Of a stretch of 64,000 nt of DNA, positions 38,196 to 47,656 are shown in pieces. The translations under genes were made by a program, and so were the position numbers. Within the stretch, counting starts at the first letter, position 1, and each line of letters opens with the position of its first letter. Origin of the DNA: an uncultured Gammaproteobacteria bacterium (GTDB taxonomy: Bacteria; Pseudomonadota; Gammaproteobacteria; Steroidobacterales; Rariloculaceae); the NCBI GenBank assembly GCA_964384125.1, contig CAYLKA010000001.1, positions 18,616 to 82,615 of the forward strand, in the 5' to 3' direction. The notes beneath the pieces were generated by a model that did no database searches, had not been told where the DNA came from, and saw only the letters and a program-made list of their open reading frames with translations.

Positions 38196-39512
38196 ATGAT
38201 TCGGATTCCCAGACCCTTGACGGTGGTTTTCCTGAGAGCGCTTCTGGTTGCGGTGGGCGGCTTGCTGCAGTCTGCAGTTGCCCAGGTCCCTGATGGGGCT
38301 GCGGTGGCGTTGACCGGTGCACGTCTGTTCGATGGCACTGGCCGTGCTCCGCATGAACAATCGGTATTGGTTATCAGGAACGGTCGAATAGAGATGGTGG
38401 GCGCATTAGGTGACGTAGATATACCGGATGATGCTGAAAGGATCGATCTTTCTGGTAAAACAATTCTTCCAGGATTTGTCAACGCGCATGGTCATTTAAA
38501 CGAAGACCAGTCAGATAGACCTATTCGGACTAAGCTGACCGAACAACTTCGAGTCTACGCCGATTATGGAGTTACCACAGTTGTCGTTCTCGGGGTTTTT
38601 TCTGACGAAGAACTTGTAGTAGCAGCAAATTTAAATGATGAGCAGGAGCAAATAGCTTTAGAGCGAGCCCGGGTTTATGTTGCGGGGGATAGTTTGCAGA
38701 ATCTAGCCACGGCAGAAGAAGCTCGAATGAGAGTGAACGATTATGCCAACGCGGGCGCGAATATTGTGAAGATACATATTACTGGTGGTCCAAATGACAT
38801 GACGCCAGAAGTATATGGCGCTCTTATTGATCAGGCCCATTCACGTGGTCTCAGGGTTGCATCACATCTTTATTATCTGGAAGACGCCCATGGCCTCTTA
38901 GATGCCGGTGTGGATGTTATTGCTCACAGTGTCCGAGATCAGGCCGTTGATGACTCATTGATTGAGAAGATGCTCCAACAGAACGTTCCTTATATTCCGA
39001 CCTTAACAAGAGATTTAGCACGATTTGTTTATGAAACGCGGCCAGCCTTTCTGGACGATCCGTTTTTCTTGCGTCGGGTTAACGCCTACCAAGGAGATGT
39101 TGATTTAGTCACCGGATCCGATTATCAGGCTACGAGTAGGAGTCCACAGAGACAAGCAGACAAGGGGGGTCTAGAGCAAGGATCCCAGAATCTCAAGACA
39201 GTGTCTGATGCTGGCGTAGTCATAGCGATGGGAAGTGATTCTGGTACGAATCAAGGACAATGGCAGGGTTACTTTGAGCACACAGAAATCGAGATGATGG
39301 TGGAAGCTGGGATGTCAACGACCCAGGCTCTTGTGGCGGCCACGGGCGGTGCAGCGGAGGCTATGGGTCTCGACCAGGATGTTGGTGTGCTGCAGCCTGG
39401 CAGATGGGCGGATCTTCTGGTGCTGAATGCCAATCCCCTTGAGGATATTCGTGCAACTCGGGAGATCGATTCAGTCTGGATTGCCGGAAGGCCTCTGGAC
39501 GATCTGCCATAG
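38196..39512 (+). CDS. Exported amidohydrolase family protein
   Basis: Signal peptide ...LLQSAVAQ. Contains the metal motif GFVNAHGHL, a downstream HITGG, IAHSV, and GSDSG near the C-terminus. Confidence 0.85.
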   Translation: MIRIPRPLTVVFLRALLVAVGGLLQSAVAQVPDGAAVALTGARLFDGTGRAPHEQSVLVIRNGRIEMVGALGDVDIPDDAERIDLSGKTILPGFVNAHGHLNEDQSDRPIRTKLTEQLRVYADYGVTTVVVLGVFSDEELVVAANLNDEQEQIALERARVYVAGDSLQNLATAEEARMRVNDYANAGANIVKIHITGGPNDMTPEVYGALIDQAHSRGLRVASHLYYLEDAHGLLDAGVDVIAHSVRDQAVDDSLIEKMLQQNVPYIPTLTRDLARFVYETRPAFLDDPFFLRRVNAYQGDVDLVTGSDYQATSRSPQRQADKGGLEQGSQNLKTVSDAGVVIAMGSDSGTNQGQWQGYFEHTEIEMMVEAGMSTTQALVAATGGAAEAMGLDQDVGVLQPGRWADLLVLNANPLEDIRATREIDSVWIAGRPLDDLP

Positions 39513-39579
39513 CCGGGCGTACTAGTATATTACGATGAAGTTTTCGCCCGCTCGGGTCGGTTGATAGGAGGTATAGGTC

Positions 39580-40407
39580 ATGCGGCTACTCATTACCGTT
39601 TTTTTGTTCTCTCTTGTTTCGCCAGCCTATGCTCAATTGGCGGTCCCAAATGATACGGGCATTGCTTTCGGTCATGTTCATCTAAAGGTTTCTGATCCAG
39701 AGCTACACACTAAGCTTTGGGTTGATCACTTTGGGGGAGTTGTAAGCGAGCAAAGCGGGCTAGCAGACAGGGGACTAACAGCCATAAACTTTCCTAACTT
39801 TTTTATTATCTTGGAGGAGGGCGCTCCTACCGGAGGCACAGCAGGTTCAGTAATGGATCATATCGGCTTCAAGGTACGCAACCTTGCAGATTTTCTAGCT
39901 AATTGGCGGGCAGCTGGCTATTCAGTTGACAGAGAGTTCGTTGGGTCTGAGGGCGTACCGAATGGATACGTGACCATGCCAGATGGTGTCTGGGTTGAAC
40001 TGCAAGAAGACCAGGCTCTACCAGTCGAGGCTTCCGGTTATCACGTCCACTATCGCACACCTATGTATACAGAGCTGCTTGACTGGTACGTTGAGGTTTT
40101 TGATTTAGAGATTCGACCGCGAGGCAGAATTGAGACTGCAACAAATGTTCCTGGAATGAATATGAGTTTCGCTCTCCCTACAGGAGAATGGGCCGATTCC
40201 GACACGGCTCCAACTCGCGGCCGGGCTTTAGATCATATTGGTTTCGAGATTGACAATTTGGAAGCTTTCTATCAAAGCCTTGTGGCTAAAGGCATAGAGT
40301 TTGATGTCGAGTTTCGCGAGATTGAGAGCATCGCTGTCAAGATCGCTATATTCACCGATCCGTCGGGAGTTCGCTTTGAACTGACGGAAGGCCTCGACCG
40401 ATGGTGA
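39580..40407 (+). CDS. Exported two-domain VOC (glyoxalase/bleomycin-resistance/dioxygenase) family protein
   Basis: Signal peptide MRLLITVFLFSLVSPAYAQ. Two VOC modules (FGHVHLKV...; LDHIGFEIDNLEAFYQSLVAKGIEF). Confidence 0.75.
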   Translation: MRLLITVFLFSLVSPAYAQLAVPNDTGIAFGHVHLKVSDPELHTKLWVDHFGGVVSEQSGLADRGLTAINFPNFFIILEEGAPTGGTAGSVMDHIGFKVRNLADFLANWRAAGYSVDREFVGSEGVPNGYVTMPDGVWVELQEDQALPVEASGYHVHYRTPMYTELLDWYVEVFDLEIRPRGRIETATNVPGMNMSFALPTGEWADSDTAPTRGRALDHIGFEIDNLEAFYQSLVAKGIEFDVEFREIESIAVKIAIFTDPSGVRFELTEGLDRW

Positions 40408-40448
40408 TACCAGCCTGCTTCTGAGGGAATTAGCCCTCCGATGGGGGG

Positions 40449-41060
40449 TCAAGGGTTGGTCTTTCGTGCAACGAGTTGGGCGAGTGCTGCGGGGCGTCCG
40501 TCGGGATCGTCGATAATACCTTCTCGGTATGAGACGATCTCGAATTCTGCCGCCGCCTTCAGAAGCGCCCCGGGCGCGACGCGAAACTTTGAGTTTTGCG
40601 GCCCGACCACGTCAGCGTCAGTTACTAGATGCTCCTCTACGATCAGATATCCACCGTCTTTCAGGGCGCCGTTGAGGGCGTCCAAAAGCGACAGATTGGT
40701 GTAGCGGATCAAGATGCCTAGGTCGTATTGCTCTTTCTTGAAAAAACACTTGAATCGATTCTCGGGGCTTCCGAGATCTGCTTCAAAGCAAGTAATGCTC
40801 AGATTCTCGGAGCGTGCCGTTTTACTAAGGTGATCGAGCGCGATATTTGAGATATCGACAGCATCAACTTGCCATCGCTCCCTCGCGAGGTAAACACTGT
40901 TTCTTCCGCGGCCGCACGCAACGTCCAGCGCCCTTCGATCGTCCCCATCCCACCCGAGTTTTGGGAGCCATTCGGTCAGTAGCGCGCTGGGATGAGTGCG
41001 ACTGACATACGTGCCGCTGCGATAGCGCTCATTCCACTTATCCCTATCCGCCTGGCTCAT
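40449..41060 (-). CDS. Class I SAM-dependent methyltransferase (TehB-like)
   Basis: N-terminal WNERY and SAM motif I ALDVACGRGRNSVYLA, followed by VDAVDIS. Confidence 0.8.
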   Translation of the reverse strand: MSQADRDKWNERYRSGTYVSRTHPSALLTEWLPKLGWDGDDRRALDVACGRGRNSVYLARERWQVDAVDISNIALDHLSKTARSENLSITCFEADLGSPENRFKCFFKKEQYDLGILIRYTNLSLLDALNGALKDGGYLIVEEHLVTDADVVGPQNSKFRVAPGALLKAAAEFEIVSYREGIIDDPDGRPAALAQLVARKTNP

Positions 41061-41123
41061 TGGGCATCCTTCCGATCAGTGAGCGTTGAACCTCCGTCAT
41101 GGCTGCAAGAGAGGGGACGCCCA

Positions 41124-41294
41124 CTAAGTCGGCCAAACGTTGTGAAAGGTCAGCGAGAGATTGAGGGTGAGCAGGGCTGTGATCACGGAGAACCACAACC
41201 TCGCCCGCATGGAGACGTCAATCGTGTCTAAAGCATTACGAACCAGGCCTGAACCTTTTTCCTCAGGCGACGGGCCTTTCCCGAGTGGTTTCAT
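41124..41294 (-). CDS. Candidate 56-aa single-TM protein (below the ORF-track cutoff)
   Basis: Hand translation: MKPLGKGPSPEEKGSGLVRNALDTIDVSMRARLWFSVITALLTLNLSLTFHNVWPT. The ATG lies 6 nt after the stop of the upstream phosphatidyltransferase gene. No homology is recognised. Confidence 0.3.
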   Translation of the reverse strand: MKPLGKGPSPEEKGSGLVRNALDTIDVSMRARLWFSVITALLTLNLSLTFHNVWPT

Positions 41295-41299
41295 CGGTA

Positions 41300-42052
41300 T
41301 CATGTCCTCGAGTGTTTCACGAGATCACTAGGATCTTGTGTGAGATGGGCAACATCGATAGCGAACGAAAGGCTCAGAACGGCCAGTCCCAGCAAGGCAA
41401 TCGCCCCGCTGAGGGGTTGTCCTACCACTGGTGAAATACACACGATCAAAGCGACGGCCTGAATCACGTAAGCCGTCTGTCGCCTACGTTTGGGGGGCAG
41501 GGGACGGCTGAGCCAAAGAAAAAAATAGCTGGACGCCACGAAACAATAGCGCATGAGTGCGGCGAGGATGATCCACGACCCAGCCTTCTGATACTGCCAC
41601 GCAAGAGCGACCAGAGCGACCAGCAACACCGCGTCCGTCTCCATATCGAAGCGAGCTCCAAAATCACTGGCAACCCCGAAACGCCGGGCTAGCCAGCCAT
41701 CGACACCATCGAGAACCAGAACGAAAGAGGCGACTATGACCACGAGCCAGGGCACGAGGGGTTCCCCGATCAACCCGAAGAGCAAAGCAACTAGGGCGGC
41801 GCGTGCAAGCGTCACCTGATTGGCGGGTCCGAAGGAGTGAGAAGGAAAATGCCTTGTTGCTAGAATTAACGTGAGCGCACTGCCAATGAGAAACAGCCCA
41901 AGAACCTTCCATGGAAAAATCCCACTGAGCTGGAGCGTTTTTAAAAGGGCGATTGAGAATGTGACCAGTGCGACGATCAAAATAGTATTGATGCGCAGTA
42001 TGTCGTTCACGAGATTTTTTCTGCGTTCAGCTGTTAGATTGTTTTTCGACAT
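41300..42052 (-). CDS. CDP-alcohol phosphatidyltransferase family membrane protein
   Basis: Signature D-G-x2-A-R-x8-G-x3-D-x3-D, read as DGVDGWLARRFGVASDFGARFDMETDAV. Six or more TM helices. Confidence 0.9.
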   Translation of the reverse strand: MSKNNLTAERRKNLVNDILRINTILIVALVTFSIALLKTLQLSGIFPWKVLGLFLIGSALTLILATRHFPSHSFGPANQVTLARAALVALLFGLIGEPLVPWLVVIVASFVLVLDGVDGWLARRFGVASDFGARFDMETDAVLLVALVALAWQYQKAGSWIILAALMRYCFVASSYFFLWLSRPLPPKRRRQTAYVIQAVALIVCISPVVGQPLSGAIALLGLAVLSLSFAIDVAHLTQDPSDLVKHSRT

Positions 42053-42128
42053 ATTTAAACGCTTGCATGTTTTCTAATGCCTTGCAAGTATTGTGAAGCT
42101 CTCATCCGCAGAGAAAATCGGACTGCTT

Positions 42129-43127
42129 ATGACTGGTGACAATAGCGCGCGTGCTTTTTGGGTGACAGGTATCGGAGAGGGGGAGATCCGTGCCGAGCAG
42201 TTACCTGAGCCTGCAGATGGAGAGGTCTTGATCCGCACACTCTATAGCGGAATCAGCCGTGGAACTGAGACTCTCGTATTCACGGGTGCTGTTCCGGTGA
42301 GCGAATACGAGCGAATGCGTGCGCCTTTTCAAGAGGGTAATTTTCCCGCGCCCATAAAGTATGGGTACATCAATGTCGGCTTGGTTGAGAAAGGACCAGA
42401 TGGGTTGCTGGGAAAATCGGTATTTTGCATGTACCCACATCAAACTCGGTATGTTGTCCCGGTCGAGGCCGTATACCCTCTCCCGGAGGGTGTGCCGTGC
42501 GGGCGGGCGGTACTTGCGGCCAATCTCGAGTCCGTTGTGAACGGGCTTTGGGATGCTACGCCGAGGGTGGGTGATCGAATCGCCGTGGTGGGTGCCGGAA
42601 CACTCGGGTGTCTTTTCGCGTGGTTGACGACTCAGATCCCGGGCTGCTCAGTCGAATTGGTTGACATCAATCCCGACAAAGCACTCGTGGCTGACGCCTT
42701 GGGTGTTACCTTTAAGCATGTCGATCGCGCGACGTCTGGTGCTGACCTGGTGGTTCATGCTAGCGGGACAGGCGAGGGTCTTTCGAGCGCGCTTGGATTG
42801 GCGGGGTTTGAGGCGAAAGTGCTTGAGTTGAGCTGGTTCGGAGACCGCCACGTTGCACTGCCCCTTGGCGAGAACTTCCATGCGCAACGGCTAACGCTAC
42901 AGTCATCCCAGGTTTCATCCATCCCCAGCGCTCAACGAGGGCGTTGGTCTCCTCGGCGAAGGTTGGAGTTGGTATTTCGACTGCTGGAAGACCCGCGCCT
43001 TGATGTCTTGATCACAGATGATAGCTCATTCGAGGAGTTGCCAGCTGTGCTCGAGACGCTCAGCGTAGGGTCGGGGAATACGCTGTGTCACCGCATTAAC
43101 TATACTGGTGAGGCTGTTGAAGGCTGA
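42129..43127 (+). CDS. Zinc-type medium-chain dehydrogenase/reductase (MDR)
   Basis: GroES-like N-domain ([16 protein letters not shown]) and Rossmann motif VVGAGTLG. The start is ATG 42129 or the upstream in-frame GTG 42093. Confidence 0.8.
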   Translation: MTGDNSARAFWVTGIGEGEIRAEQLPEPADGEVLIRTLYSGISRGTETLVFTGAVPVSEYERMRAPFQEGNFPAPIKYGYINVGLVEKGPDGLLGKSVFCMYPHQTRYVVPVEAVYPLPEGVPCGRAVLAANLESVVNGLWDATPRVGDRIAVVGAGTLGCLFAWLTTQIPGCSVELVDINPDKALVADALGVTFKHVDRATSGADLVVHASGTGEGLSSALGLAGFEAKVLELSWFGDRHVALPLGENFHAQRLTLQSSQVSSIPSAQRGRWSPRRRLELVFRLLEDPRLDVLITDDSSFEELPAVLETLSVGSGNTLCHRINYTGEAVEG

Positions 43128-43135
43128 GAGGATAC

Positions 43136-43546
43136 ATGCATAGCGTTTGTGTGAGAGATCATTTCATGATCGCCCATAGTCTTAAAGGTGAGGTTTTCGG
43201 CCCCGCGCAGCGGCTGCATGGTGCGACCTATGTGGTCGATGCCGAATTTCACCGTGCGGAGCTCGATCCGGACGGTGTCGTGGTAGATATTGGAAGAGCA
43301 AGCGAAGTCTTGAAGGAGATGCTGGCAGAGCTTAACTACCGAAATCTGGATGAAGACGACACTCTTTCCGGAAACAATACGACAACCGAGTTCCTCGCGT
43401 ACGTTATTTTCCAACGCATGGCTGCCAGGGTGCGCGACGGCGCGCTGGGCGCCTCGGCGCTTTCGTTGAGCTCCCTGCGGGTGACCCTGCATGAATCGAA
43501 CGTAGCTTGGGCTGCGTATGAAGGGAGTCTGGATGGGGACACCTAG
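43136..43546 (+). CDS. 6-pyruvoyl-tetrahydropterin synthase / QueD-like protein with a degenerate active site
   Basis: PTPS-fold N-terminus [11 protein letters not shown]...RLHGATYVV. Compared with the QueD pattern AAH...C-x3-HGH...HH, the Cys, the second His of HGH and the HH pair are absent. Confidence 0.7.
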   Translation: MHSVCVRDHFMIAHSLKGEVFGPAQRLHGATYVVDAEFHRAELDPDGVVVDIGRASEVLKEMLAELNYRNLDEDDTLSGNNTTTEFLAYVIFQRMAARVRDGALGASALSLSSLRVTLHESNVAWAAYEGSLDGDT

Positions 43547-43548
43547 GT

Positions 43549-44604
43549 GTGATCGACGAGCCTGTGCTCGACTTTCTGCTACCGGGTGATCCACAGACAC
43601 TGACTGGCGGGTACATCTACGACCGTCGTATCGCTGAAGGTTTGGTTAACCTTGGATGGCGGGTAGCGGTGCATTCACTCGATGCGAGTTTCCCGTTTCC
43701 AACGCCATTAGCGCTAACCGAAGCCCGCACACTGCTGGAGAGCATCCCGACTGGGAGGATTGTTGTGATCGATGGATTGGCGCTAGGCAGCATGCCAGAA
43801 CCGCTGGCCGACCACGCCGATCGCCTTAGACTGATGGCGTTGATACACCATCCGCTCGCCTGTGAGACGGGGCTAAGTTCGGTGGAACAGCAAAAGCTCA
43901 AGGATTCCGAGCAACGTTCTTTAAGCGCAGTGCGTGGGGTTTTTGTCAACAGCCATTGGACGAAGCAAAAGGTCGCCGGCTACGGCGTCGATCTCGAACG
44001 AATTCACGTCGTGCCGCCCGGGACAGACCCGGCACCACTAGCCGGTGGGTCGGGAAGCGCCTCGCTGCAGCTCCTTTGTGTTGCCACCTTGACGCCAAGA
44101 AAAGGCCACGCGGATCTTTTCGATGCGCTCGCTCAGCTCCGAGATCGATCCTGGTACCTGCGCTGTGTGGGCAGCCTTACACGCAACGTCGATACCGTGA
44201 GCGCACTGCGCAAGCAGATTACACAGTTGGATTTGACGGACCGCGTCGAGTTGCTTGGGGAGGTGACAGCCGACGCTCTGGCTCACTGCTACGAAACAGC
44301 AGATCTGTTCGTGCTTGCTTCTTACCTTGAGGGTTACGGCATGGTGCATTCAGAGGCTCTGTCCAGAGGGTTGCCGCTGGTTTGCACATCTGCAGGGGCT
44401 GTTCCGGAAACAGTTAAGGCTAATGCGGCGCTGCTTGTGCCGGAGGGGAATGTCGCCGGATTGGTTTGCGCGCTGACGAAGGTCATGGACGATCGCAGTT
44501 TATTGTCCGACCTGGCGAGTGGAGCGCGTATCGCTCGCGATAACCTTCCAAGCTGGGATCAGGCTGCAGCGCAGTTCGCCGCTGGGCTTAGGGTGTTACT
44601 GTGA
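43549..44604 (+). CDS. GT-B glycosyltransferase (GT4 / Glycos_transf_1-like)
   Basis: GTG start 2 nt after the upstream stop. C-terminal domain motifs ADLFVLASYLEGYGMVHSEALSRGLPLV. Confidence 0.85.
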   Translation: MIDEPVLDFLLPGDPQTLTGGYIYDRRIAEGLVNLGWRVAVHSLDASFPFPTPLALTEARTLLESIPTGRIVVIDGLALGSMPEPLADHADRLRLMALIHHPLACETGLSSVEQQKLKDSEQRSLSAVRGVFVNSHWTKQKVAGYGVDLERIHVVPPGTDPAPLAGGSGSASLQLLCVATLTPRKGHADLFDALAQLRDRSWYLRCVGSLTRNVDTVSALRKQITQLDLTDRVELLGEVTADALAHCYETADLFVLASYLEGYGMVHSEALSRGLPLVCTSAGAVPETVKANAALLVPEGNVAGLVCALTKVMDDRSLLSDLASGARIARDNLPSWDQAAAQFAAGLRVLL

Positions 44605-45467
44605 GCCGGTTCGATTGCGAATGGCTGAGCTTGAGGGAACCACTCGACACGGCATCGCGCGCTCACGTTATTGCGGAAACCTTGATAGACGTAATGCCCG
44701 ATCGGCCGATTCAGATAATCGACCTCGGGACTGGTACCGGTGCCAACTTACGTTACTTGAGTCAGATTCTTGGGGGTCCCCAGGAGTGGTGCCTAATCGA
44801 CCGGGACCAGACTCTCCTTGACTCCATCTCTGCCACCTTAAGCGAGTGGGTCCTCGGCTTCGAAGGCGAAGTAAAGCGGTCGGGTACTGAGCTCATCGTC
44901 ACCCGGCATGATTTCGAGTGCCACGTGCGTACCGAACAGAGAAATCTTGCGACCGACTTGGCAGCGGTCGATTTTTCTGCAGATGCTCTGGTCAGCGGGT
45001 CTGCGTTACTTGACCTGGTTTCAGAGCAATGGTTGCAGGAGCTTGCGCAGCGCTGCCACGCCGTCCGCGCTCCAGTGCTTTTCGCTCTTAACTATGACGG
45101 GCACATGGAATTTGACCCGCGCGAAGCGGACGATGAACGCGTACGCAAGTTGGTCAATCTCCATCAAATGACAGACAAGGGATTTGGAAAGGCGCTCGGG
45201 CCCAAGGCGGGACAGAACGCCGTAAGGACTTTCGAACAACTCGGATACCGGGTTAAGCACGCTCGCAGTGATTGGCGGATATCTCCGAGCGATCAGGAAG
45301 TGCAAGGGATATTGCTGGATATGTGGTTTTCTGCCGCGCTGGAAGTCGCTCCCGATGATGTGTCGGCGCTTCGTAACTGGATACAACGACGCCGTGACCA
45401 TGTGGCATGCGGGCGCTCCGGTCTAAGCGTCGGCCACATCGATCTTCTTGGATGGTTGCCGAGATGA
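44601..45467 (+). CDS. Class I SAM-dependent methyltransferase
   Basis: GTG start overlapping the upstream stop (GTGA). SAM motif I IIDLGTGTGANLRYL. Confidence 0.75.
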   Translation: MSRFDCEWLSLREPLDTASRAHVIAETLIDVMPDRPIQIIDLGTGTGANLRYLSQILGGPQEWCLIDRDQTLLDSISATLSEWVLGFEGEVKRSGTELIVTRHDFECHVRTEQRNLATDLAAVDFSADALVSGSALLDLVSEQWLQELAQRCHAVRAPVLFALNYDGHMEFDPREADDERVRKLVNLHQMTDKGFGKALGPKAGQNAVRTFEQLGYRVKHARSDWRISPSDQEVQGILLDMWFSAALEVAPDDVSALRNWIQRRRDHVACGRSGLSVGHIDLLGWLPR

Positions 45468-45478
45468 GCGAGCTTGTT

Positions 45479-46456
45479 TCAGATGATTCGGTTTAGGCCG
45501 CCGACAGAACCTTTCGCTGCCTCGGGCTCAGGCTCCCCTCGGAGATCGCAGTCGAAAAGCACGTCTCCACCCATTCTGAAGATGCGATGAGTTGGATGTA
45601 AGCACTCGTCGATGCGCTGTTTCGCGGCTAATCGAATGCCGGGTCGTCCGATGCCCGTTATCAAGGGCGCGACTGCAACTTGCAGGCGGTCGAGCAAACC
45701 GGCCTCGAGGAAGCTAGATACAGTGGTGCCTCCGCCTTCAACGAATATCAGAACCAGGCCGCGAGCGTGCAGTGCTTCGAGTAGATGCCCAAGATCAAGG
45801 CGCCCTGCCTTCATTGGGATACCGAGGACGTCCGCTGCTGCAATTCGCTTGGAAGCGTTCACCGTCTGGGCCTCGTCGCATACGAGCAGCGTTGGTGCTT
45901 GCTGATCAGAGAAGACTCGCAGTTTGGGGGGCAATCTTAGATGAGGATCGAGGATGACCCGGACTGGATTCTCCCCTTCCACTCGTCGGGTTGTTAGCTG
46001 GGGGTCATCGGTGGAGGCGGTTCCCGCTCCAACTATCACTGCATCACAAAGCGCCCGCATACGGTGGAGGTGCAGTATGTTCTCTGGGCCAGTCACATAG
46101 TTGGAATCACCCGAGCGAGTTGCGATGTATCCGTCGAGCCCCTGTCCCAGGTGTCCCACCGTGAGGGGAGACTCACGTGAAGCACCACAGATCGGCAGAT
46201 AAAGATCCAGCAGAGAGTGGCTCGAAGGCGGCGCACTCGGCGAGTGGGCCCAACCGCTGGGCGTTTGCCACACCAGGAAAGCTCGATTATCGTCGCTGGA
46301 AACCGGATAGAGGTAGCCGGAAGAATCGACTCCGTAGGCGCTCCCGTCCTCTGGGTTTTGCGCCCGACGCGCCCGACGCCCGGCTGCTAGCAGTGCGCTC
46401 CACACCCGCTCGATGTTCTCGTTGCCGTCGGTCACTTTGGGTTCAGGACTAGACAT
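45479..46456 (-). CDS. RibD C-terminal-domain (pyrimidine reductase / DHFR-like) protein without a deaminase domain
   Basis: Reductase-domain pattern SLDGYIATRSGDSNYVTG, CDAVIVGAGTASTDDPQLTTR, NPVRVILD and VEGGGTTVSSFL. The ~95-aa N-terminal extension has no HAE/PCxxC deaminase motif. Confidence 0.8.
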   Translation of the reverse strand: MSSPEPKVTDGNENIERVWSALLAAGRRARRAQNPEDGSAYGVDSSGYLYPVSSDDNRAFLVWQTPSGWAHSPSAPPSSHSLLDLYLPICGASRESPLTVGHLGQGLDGYIATRSGDSNYVTGPENILHLHRMRALCDAVIVGAGTASTDDPQLTTRRVEGENPVRVILDPHLRLPPKLRVFSDQQAPTLLVCDEAQTVNASKRIAAADVLGIPMKAGRLDLGHLLEALHARGLVLIFVEGGGTTVSSFLEAGLLDRLQVAVAPLITGIGRPGIRLAAKQRIDECLHPTHRIFRMGGDVLFDCDLRGEPEPEAAKGSVGGLNRII

Positions 46457-46464
46457 CTGGGGAT

Positions 46465-47637
46465 ATGAATATCTCGGACACGGCTACTCGGCAGTCTGCT
46501 ATCCTAGCACCCAAGAAGGATTCGGCGGAGACCATGGCCTCTGAAGAAAAAGAAATAAACGGACACCCTTCGAGTTTGATGACGGAGCGTGCGGTGGAGG
46601 AGATGCGCCGTGGTCGCGCCATTCAACTGCTCGATGGCAAACGATGCTGGCTAATGGCCGCCATGGAAACCATGGAGTCACCGTTGCTGGATCGGCTAAA
46701 GCAAGTAAACGGTGGTGACATAAGATTGCTTGTCACGCCGCAACGGGCTACGGCAGCGGCGCTCGCGGAGGAGTCGACTGACCCCGTTTCTATCTCCTTT
46801 CCTAAAGGTATAAGTCTCGAGGTTCTTCGTTCGTTGGCTGGAGTCGGGTCTCAAGTGCCAATTAAAAAAACGACGCTGGCAGTGGAAGTCCCAACGAATG
46901 CAGCGAGTGTAGGGGCCGGTTTCCGACTCGCGAAGCTTGGCAGGCTTCTGCCCGCACTGATCAGTGTGCGCAGTACTGAAGTTTCGAACTCCGATCTGGT
47001 TAGTATCAGTGTGGAGGATATCGATCGCTATCCTCGTTCCCAAGGAAATGACCTAAGACTCACGAGCCGAGCTCGTGTTCCGCTGGTTGACACAGCGGAT
47101 TGTGAGGTCGTGCTCTTTAGACAGAAGTACGGATTTGGTGAGCATCTGGCGATTGTAATCGGTGAGCCGAACTCAGAGGCTGTCGTGCCCGTTCGGTTGC
47201 ACTCAGCCTGTTTGACCGGAGATCTCCTCGGCAGCTTGCGTTGCGATTGTGGCGATCAGCTCAGGAGAGCGGTTAGCCGCATCGCGTCTTTGGGCGGTGG
47301 TGTGCTCTTGTACCTCGATCAGGAGGGTCGCGGAATCGGGCTTGCTAACAAGTTGCGAGCTTATGCCCTGCAGGATGCTGGTTTGGATACTTTGGACGCA
47401 GACCAGCACTTAGGATTTCTTCCGGATGAGCGTAGCTATGATGTTGCAGCTGCGATGTTGCGCGAGTTGGGGATTAAACGCATTCGACTGCTCACGAATA
47501 ACCCCTCAAAGATCGACGCCCTCACGGAACATGGAATTAAGGTCATCGGAAGGCTGCCGCTGGTAGTGCCCGTAAACTCGCACAATCAACGCTATCTCAA
47601 AGCCAAGCTCGATCGAGCTGGTCACCTGGCTGAGTGA
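46465..47637 (+). CDS. GTP cyclohydrolase II with a degenerate RibB-like N-terminal domain
   Basis: The GCH II core reads VRLHSACLTGDLLGSLRCDCGDQL ... LLYLDQEGRGIGLANKLRAYALQD ... RLLTNNPSK, with all three Zn Cys present. The N-domain resembles DHBP synthase but lacks its acidic DRENEGD-type cluster. An alternative ATG start lies at 46534. Confidence 0.85.
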   Translation: MNISDTATRQSAILAPKKDSAETMASEEKEINGHPSSLMTERAVEEMRRGRAIQLLDGKRCWLMAAMETMESPLLDRLKQVNGGDIRLLVTPQRATAAALAEESTDPVSISFPKGISLEVLRSLAGVGSQVPIKKTTLAVEVPTNAASVGAGFRLAKLGRLLPALISVRSTEVSNSDLVSISVEDIDRYPRSQGNDLRLTSRARVPLVDTADCEVVLFRQKYGFGEHLAIVIGEPNSEAVVPVRLHSACLTGDLLGSLRCDCGDQLRRAVSRIASLGGGVLLYLDQEGRGIGLANKLRAYALQDAGLDTLDADQHLGFLPDERSYDVAAAMLRELGIKRIRLLTNNPSKIDALTEHGIKVIGRLPLVVPVNSHNQRYLKAKLDRAGHLAE

Positions 47638-47656
47638 CGCGACGACCGCGAAACCT

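Noticed and set aside
46465-47637. GCH II variant that stops at the formamidopyrimidine (GCH III-like activity), which would explain the adjacent creatininase/ArfB-like gene.
   Set aside because: The Streptomyces-type variant is associated with loss of the active-site Tyr. Here the Tyr is present (VLLYLDQEGRGIG), so the sequence gives no support for that. The creatininase-family role remains open.
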